Shown here: positions 58,816 to 64,000 of the stretch, piece after piece
Numbering within the stretch: position 1 is the stretch's first letter
Layout: each line of letters opens with the position of its first letter
Assembly (NCBI GenBank): GCA_964499705.1
Contig: CAZCME010000009.1
Location: 64,001 to 128,000 of the forward strand
Source of the DNA: an uncultured bacterium
GTDB lineage: Bacteria > UBA8481
Direction: 5' to 3'
Length of the DNA stretch: 64,000 nt
Notes under the pieces: generated by a model
Seen by the model: the letters and a program-made list of their open reading frames with translations, nothing else
What the model was told of the DNA's origin: nothing
The model's database searches: none
Position numbers and translations under genes: made by a program

Positions 58816-60635
58816 GAAAAGAATATTTAATATGTAATTTGAAATTTGTAATTTGTAATGTGCTCGCCACGCTCGCTTCTTGCCGTCATTTCCTCAATAT
58901 TACAAATTACAAATTACAAATTAGATATTACATATCATTTCTTTCCCCGAAGCGTACGAATTGTCGCTCCCATAATCCGACAAAGTTCATCGGTCTCTTT
59001 GAGCAAATCAGCCGCGTCCGCAAGACCGGCGCGCTTGAGAATCTTCAGCCATACCGCGCATTCCTGAAGCTCTTTTCGAACAATGGCGATCTTATGAGCA
59101 AAGTCCGCCTTGCTCTCGGCTCCACGCGCTTCGGCATAATTGGCGGCGGGAGAGGAGGACGAGCGGAGCAGTTGTCCCATGACATGTCGGCACTCCGGCC
59201 GTTTCGCCAGTCGCTCGCAGAATTTCAAAACATCCGCCGCATAGTCGATCAGTCGATCTTCCAATTCATCCGAAGTCATTCACAATCACCTCTCACCCCA
59301 CCAAATTACAAATTACAAATTACAAATTACATATTATACATTCTTCTCGCACTCCTCCCATGCACTGCCGCCGCCGCCCCTCTTTCCTCTCCGGCGACAG
59401 ACGATGACGCCGTTCTCCTTCAGCAGGCCGGATCGATGACCGACGGAAGCACACTCGGAGCCACCAGAAAGCCGGTCAGGATTCTCGGGACGATCAATCC
59501 TCCGGTGTCTGCCGTCGAGTGGCCGGGCAAGACCGGAGCGCCGACGACGGCCGTCACGTCGCTTCCCTTCGTCAAGGGCGCCGTGATGACGTCGTCCACG
59601 ACGACACCGGAGATCACATGGCCCGATTATCCCGGGGCGGTGTCATACAGGGTCTATATCGGTCGCAGCAATTTCGCGTCTTACAACCTCGTGCTCGCGC
59701 AGGTGGTGACGTCCGGAAGAAAGCTTCAGACGGCCACGGCTCAATTCACCAAGCCGCTCGTAAATGGGGTTCGCTACGTCTTCACCGTCTTTCCTCGAAA
59801 CGCGTTGGGCGCGTCGATGCTCAAATCCACGACCGGTCTTTCCGCATTCTTCAGCGTCGTTCTGCCAATCGCGGATACCGGAACCGCGGGGGAAATCGCC
59901 CTGACGAAATCCATGATCAACGATGTCTCTTCTTCAACTCTCGGCGACGTCGCGTGGTGGAACCGTGAAAACACGCCGCTCGGGACGATCACATGGAAAG
60001 GAATACTCACCTCATCGTCCACCGAGAAGGTCACCTCGGCGTCTTTGATTTTTAACAGCACCGAGTCCGTCGCGCTTACGCTTGACGCGTCCGGCGGCTT
60101 CACGCACGAGCGCTTGATGAAGGTCGATGCGATCTTCACCCCAATGATCCGCGTCGTGACGTCGAACGGCCGCACCGTCGATTTTTCTCCTGGCCCGAAG
60201 ACGCTCAACTACCGCCACATGACGCAGACGGAGGAGATCCGCGAAGTGCTCACGAAGCTCGCCGACGCATACCGCGCGAACGATCGCGTCTCGCTCTTGA
60301 AGCTTATCGACAGGGATTACATCTCCTCCGCGACGGGCTTCAGGGATTATCAGGAATTGGACAACTCGCTCCGCGATCACTTCAACGTCACGACGACGTC
60401 GACCTGCCGATGGAATTCGGAGGACATCAGGATCATCACGCCTGCAAAGCGCCTCGAAGTCACGTTCCAGTGGCGGAGAAATATCAACTACTCGACGCTC
60501 AACACGACGCGCGACTATCAGGCGACCGCGAGGCTTGATATTCGGAAGATCGACGGAGTCTGGCTCATTCACGAGGATTTTGGCCGGACGATCTTCGCGA
60601 CCGACCTCGGGCCCGTGCCCGCGCCGCCGCAATGA
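58812..60635 (+). CDS. secreted hypothetical protein whose signal-peptide region is interrupted in frame by the filled palindromic element
   Basis: ATGA-coupled start MRKEYLICNLKFVICN; frame open across the antisense gene to h-region ILYILLALLPCTAAA at about 59330; downstream Fn3-like and NTF2-like regions. Confidence 0.7.
   Translation: MRKEYLICNLKFVICNVLATLASCRHFLNITNYKLQIRYYISFLSPKRTNCRSHNPTKFIGLFEQISRVRKTGALENLQPYRAFLKLFSNNGDLMSKVRLALGSTRFGIIGGGRGGRAEQLSHDMSALRPFRQSLAEFQNIRRIVDQSIFQFIRSHSQSPLTPPNYKLQITNYILYILLALLPCTAAAAPLSSPATDDDAVLLQQAGSMTDGSTLGATRKPVRILGTINPPVSAVEWPGKTGAPTTAVTSLPFVKGAVMTSSTTTPEITWPDYPGAVSYRVYIGRSNFASYNLVLAQVVTSGRKLQTATAQFTKPLVNGVRYVFTVFPRNALGASMLKSTTGLSAFFSVVLPIADTGTAGEIALTKSMINDVSSSTLGDVAWWNRENTPLGTITWKGILTSSSTEKVTSASLIFNSTESVALTLDASGGFTHERLMKVDAIFTPMIRVVTSNGRTVDFSPGPKTLNYRHMTQTEEIREVLTKLADAYRANDRVSLLKLIDRDYISSATGFRDYQELDNSLRDHFNVTTTSTCRWNSEDIRIITPAKRLEVTFQWRRNINYSTLNTTRDYQATARLDIRKIDGVWLIHEDFGRTIFATDLGPVPAPPQ
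58819..59345. mobile_element. AT-rich 7-mer palindromic element, copy 3 (filled with four-helix-bundle gene)
   Basis: Left arm 58819-58859 is complementary to both 58899-58935 (34/37) and 59305-59345 (38/41); the two right arms flank the antisense gene as direct repeats; mobility is inferred. Confidence 0.85.
58935..59279 (-). CDS. four helix bundle protein (23S rRNA intervening-sequence protein / bAvd-like family)
   Basis: LEDRLIDYA..V..FC..L, QLLRSSSSPAANYAEARGAESKADFAHKIAIVRKELQECAVWLKIL; SD GAGGTGA 6 nt upstream of the ATG. Confidence 0.92.
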   Translation of the reverse strand: MTSDELEDRLIDYAADVLKFCERLAKRPECRHVMGQLLRSSSSPAANYAEARGAESKADFAHKIAIVRKELQECAVWLKILKRAGLADAADLLKETDELCRIMGATIRTLRGKK

Positions 60636-61795
60636 CCCTCCGGATTCCAGCGCGCCGTGGCGCGGCGAAACGCGCCATCGTGGCGAAATCACGTGGCGGT
60701 CCATTGAATTTCCAGTCTCTCGTCGCCGCGATCGGCGAGATTGACTGCGCCCTTGCGACGCAGGCCGGAAGGGCGGTAAACGTAAGCCTCACGATGAGGA
60801 ACTGGATGATCGGCTGTTTCATCGCTGAATACGAACTGAACGGCGCCGACCGGGCGCGCTATGGCGAGAGGTTGCTTGCCGTGCTCGCGGTCCGGCTGGC
60901 GCGACTGCATGTCAGCAACAGCAGTCGCCGCCAGCTTTATGACTATCTCCGGTTCTATCGCACATATCCGCGAATTGTGCGTACACTGTCGGCACAATTC
61001 AGATCGCTTTTGCCGCCGAAGACGCTGGCGCGAAAAGTGCCGACACCGTCGGCACAATCTTCCTATGCAGGCGCCGCGCTTCTCGGTTCGCTGTCCTACA
61101 GCATGTTTCGCCTCCTTGTCGAACTGGACGACGACGAGCGACGGGCTTTCTACGAGCACGAATGCATCAGCGGCGGGTGGTCGGTGCGCGAACTCCGGCG
61201 ACAGATCGCGTCTCTCTATTTCGAACGATCGGGATTATCGACAAACCGGAAAAAACTGGCCGCCATGATGCGACAAAAAGCCGAGCGAGCGGCGCCGCGT
61301 CTCGATATCCGCGATCCGTACGTCTTCGAGTTTCTCGGCTTGAAACCGCGCGAAGTTATGGGCGAGTCTCATCTCGAGGACAGACTGCTTGATCGCCTGC
61401 ACGGTTTCCTGATGGAACTCGGACAGGGATTCTGTTTCGAAGCCCGGCAGAAGAGGATACTGATCGGCGAATCGCACGGGTTCGTCGATCTCGTCTTCTA
61501 CCACCGGATCCTGAAGTGTCATGTGCTCATCGAACTCAAGCTGAAGGAATTCGGTCATGAGGCCGTAAGTCAGCTCAATACGTACGTCACGTGGTATCGA
61601 CGGAACATGATGACGCGCGGAGACAATCCGCCCGTCGGGATTCTTCTCTGCGCGAAGAAGGATGAGTCGCTTGTCGAATACGCCTGCGCCGGCCTGGACA
61701 ACAAGCTCTTTGTCTCCAAATACCAGCTCCACCTTCCCAAGCGCGATCAGCTTCGCAGGGAAATGGAACGTGCGATGCGGATCCGCGAATCATGA
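60632..61795 (+). CDS. YhcG/DUF1016 family PD-(D/E)XK nuclease-domain protein
   Basis: AVNVSLTMRNWMIG..I.EYE..G..RA.YG, WSVRELRRQI.S..FER, IRDPYVFEFLGL, ELGQGFCFEARQKRI, VDLVFYHRILKCHVLIELK, DNPPVGILLC. Confidence 0.93.
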   Translation: MTLRIPARRGAAKRAIVAKSRGGPLNFQSLVAAIGEIDCALATQAGRAVNVSLTMRNWMIGCFIAEYELNGADRARYGERLLAVLAVRLARLHVSNSSRRQLYDYLRFYRTYPRIVRTLSAQFRSLLPPKTLARKVPTPSAQSSYAGAALLGSLSYSMFRLLVELDDDERRAFYEHECISGGWSVRELRRQIASLYFERSGLSTNRKKLAAMMRQKAERAAPRLDIRDPYVFEFLGLKPREVMGESHLEDRLLDRLHGFLMELGQGFCFEARQKRILIGESHGFVDLVFYHRILKCHVLIELKLKEFGHEAVSQLNTYVTWYRRNMMTRGDNPPVGILLCAKKDESLVEYACAGLDNKLFVSKYQLHLPKRDQLRREMERAMRIRES

Positions 61796-62784
61796 CCGCG
61801 TTGATGGTAGCACGTCGATGCACATCACTTGTTACGGCGGTTTTCCTCGTGATGCTCGCCGCCGCCGCGCCGGCCACAGCCGCCGCCGACCGCGAGTCCG
61901 CGCGGGCCGCGGCGACGAACCTCGTCACGTCCCTCCAGAGCAACGCCCGGAGCCTCGCGGATGATCTCACCGCGCAGTACATCGCCTGGCTCGGGAATGT
62001 CGGCGGGATGCTCGACGAGAAAGGCATCACCAGCCCGCCGGATCGAGCGGCGCTACTCGAGAAGATGCGCGACTCGATGGCGCTTGAACTTCTCGCGCAG
62101 TATGACACGTTCGCCGCCGCGACCGAGGCGTCGCTCTCGCCGAAGCTCTCCATCTTCATTCCGCCGGTCTCATCGATGCTCCAGTCGGAACGCGCGCCGC
62201 TCGCGGAGTTCCTCGAGATCGACCCCGCGATCGTTCTGTGGGCCGCGCGGTATCCGCGCGGGGAAGAGCCCCCGGCAACGCGGATGATCGTCGCGCGTGC
62301 CCGAGCGAAGGCCGCCGACGCTTACGCCGCGCTTTCGTTCGCCGATAAGCTCCGCCTCGCCACGCCGAAGGGCGATGCCGCGATCCGGAAGGTTGTCTCG
62401 AACGAAGTCGGAGGCCTCGCGTCGAATCTCGGCGCGGGAATCTTTGCGCAGTACGAATCGTATCTCATCCGGATCAACAGGATGCTGGACGAAGAAGGAG
62501 TCGCGGACACCGCCGTGCGGAAGATGATCCTCGGGCCGCGCGCGCGCGACATTTCGGACTCGATGCTCGCGCAGTTCGATCGATTCGCGGCGAAGACGCT
62601 CGCGTCGTTCAAGGGCACGACGCCCGTCATCGAGACCGCCGCGAAGGAGACGCTTGCCGAGGAACGTGCCGCCCTTGTCGAGAAGCTGGAGATCAGCCCC
62701 GGCGCCTACCGGTGGCCCAACGCGCGGCGCGACGCAACCACAGGCGCGACGGTGCCCGTCGCCTCGGGTGGCTCCGCGCGATGA
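61792..62784 (+). CDS. secreted hypothetical protein with an internally duplicated helical domain
   Basis: Signal peptide; two copies of LA..L..AQY..(W/Y)L....MLDE.G...LAQ(Y/F)D.FAA.T...ERA.L.E.LEI.P. Confidence 0.75.
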   Translation: MTALMVARRCTSLVTAVFLVMLAAAAPATAAADRESARAAATNLVTSLQSNARSLADDLTAQYIAWLGNVGGMLDEKGITSPPDRAALLEKMRDSMALELLAQYDTFAAATEASLSPKLSIFIPPVSSMLQSERAPLAEFLEIDPAIVLWAARYPRGEEPPATRMIVARARAKAADAYAALSFADKLRLATPKGDAAIRKVVSNEVGGLASNLGAGIFAQYESYLIRINRMLDEEGVADTAVRKMILGPRARDISDSMLAQFDRFAAKTLASFKGTTPVIETAAKETLAEERAALVEKLEISPGAYRWPNARRDATTGATVPVASGGSAR

Positions 62785-64000
62785 TCCGCCGCCTTCTCGT
62801 TCCCGCGCTCATTCTCGCGATGGCGATCTCGTCGCACGCCGCGACGATCAGCGACCAGACCTCGACGACGCTCTCGGACGGAACGATCGCGTGTCTCTTC
62901 AAGATCACCGATTACGACGCCGCGCGCGACGGCAACCTCTACATGGTCATCACATCGGGAACGACGCGCACCGTCTACAAGCCCGCTGACAATCCGACCG
63001 GCGATGCGAAGTGGAGCGGGTATCAGGGAGTTGTCCTCGCGAGCGGTACGACGATCACGAAGGCGGAGGTCGTGATTCTCGGGACGGCCGTGCCGACGAC
63101 GATGACTGTCGTCGACCGAGCGTTCGGACCCGTCACCCTGAAGCTCGACGTCGCGGGCGACGCGACGGCCGGCTACACTCTGACGCAGAAGGTCACGATC
63201 GCCGACGTCGGATCGTTCGACGCAGCGGGCTCGTGGAATCCGTCTAAGCCCGATGACCCGATCATGATCGAATCGACCAACGTCTACAAGACGCTCCTCG
63301 GAAATCTCCTCTCGGGGTCTTACGCGACCGACGCCTTCTCGATCGGCGACAAGATCACCGCCACCGTGACTCTGCCGCCGGAATGGATCGCGCAGCTCAA
63401 GAAGGGTGTCAGGATGCAGGACGATCTTGCGGCCTTCTCGACCGGCAACTTCAAGATCTCGATCTCGATTCCGTTCACCCTGAAGATCGATCCCACCAAG
63501 CCCGCCTTCGAGATGATCGCGACCATCGATCCGATCGGAAAGACGGCGACTCTCGCGCTCAAGTCCGGGCAGACCTGGTCACAGCCGCTCAATATTCTTC
63601 CGGCGACGCTATCGTCGATGACTATGACGACCGACGCGGCCTTTGCGCGACTGAACGCGAAGGCAGAGGGCGAGATCGACCTCTTCGGCAAGTTCCCGGC
63701 GAGCGTCGAGATCGTCACGTTGAAGGGCATGAAGCCAGACGTGAAGGTTTCGATGAAGCCGGACGTGAAGATCATCATCGGCGCGCTGAAGTCGCTCAAT
63801 ATCCCGATGGAGCTGGAGAGAATTTACCTTCCGATCCTCGAGAAGATCTCGCTCGGGTCGTTCGAGCTGGGCGATATCGGAAATCTCTCGCTCGGGAAGC
63901 TCCCGACCGCGAACCTCGACTTCACGATCGAGCTTCCGAACTGGAAGCACGACTTCAAGGTTTCGATCCCCGACTTCGACATCAACAAGCCCGACATCTT
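62781..64000 (+). CDS. secreted hypothetical protein (3' partial)
   Basis: ATGA-coupled start MIRRLLVPALILAMAISSHA/ATISD..; frame appears open to the window end (absent from the ORF track because it has no stop). Confidence 0.75.
   Translation, partial: MIRRLLVPALILAMAISSHAATISDQTSTTLSDGTIACLFKITDYDAARDGNLYMVITSGTTRTVYKPADNPTGDAKWSGYQGVVLASGTTITKAEVVILGTAVPTTMTVVDRAFGPVTLKLDVAGDATAGYTLTQKVTIADVGSFDAAGSWNPSKPDDPIMIESTNVYKTLLGNLLSGSYATDAFSIGDKITATVTLPPEWIAQLKKGVRMQDDLAAFSTGNFKISISIPFTLKIDPTKPAFEMIATIDPIGKTATLALKSGQTWSQPLNILPATLSSMTMTTDAAFARLNAKAEGEIDLFGKFPASVEIVTLKGMKPDVKVSMKPDVKIIIGALKSLNIPMELERIYLPILEKISLGSFELGDIGNLSLGKLPTANLDFTIELPNWKHDFKVSIPDFDINKPDI

Noticed and set aside
58935-59279. Diversity-generating retroelement (Avd-like gene)
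   Set aside because: No reverse transcriptase and no TR/VR pair with adenine-specific differences seen in the window; the intragenic duplications differ mainly at synonymous sites
51777-59345. CRISPR array interpretation of the AT-rich repeats
   Set aside because: The repeats are inverted arms kilobases apart with no repeat-spacer periodicity, and no cas genes are present
58819-59345. 23S rRNA with an intervening sequence
   Set aside because: Flanks are protein-coding; no rRNA sequence is recognisable

Overview
GC-rich bacterial chromosomal window (lineage not determinable from the sequence alone). Housekeeping and signalling genes: acnA 3' end, three GGDEF proteins, asnB-like amidotransferase, PAP2-like protein, GT2, B12 radical SAM, ldhA, pfkA, tgt, yajC, MraY/WecA-like, coaE, SPOR, PfkB kinase, hom, apgM-like, ychJ and an ICMT-like protein. 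These are interleaved with a large secreted-protein system: giant repeat proteins of 4286, 3331 and 1604 aa with T9SS/FlgD-like C-terminal domains, each next to a PorV/PorQ-like beta-barrel gene. The most unusual signal is a family of AT-rich inverted-repeat elements built from a 7-mer (TTTGTAA/TTACAAA). They sit in frame inside the signal-peptide coding region of three consecutive, translationally coupled genes (51764, 54001, 58812). Two copies are empty hairpins. The third carries an antisense four-helix-bundle (23S rRNA IVS protein/bAvd-like) gene between two direct copies of the right arm. All left arms carry a substitution exactly where the repeat would otherwise give an in-frame TAA. A separate 9-mer inverted-repeat element, a YhcG/DUF1016 nuclease gene inside the operon, and a frameshifted surface-protein pseudogene are also present. 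All family assignments are by motif recognition, not database search.
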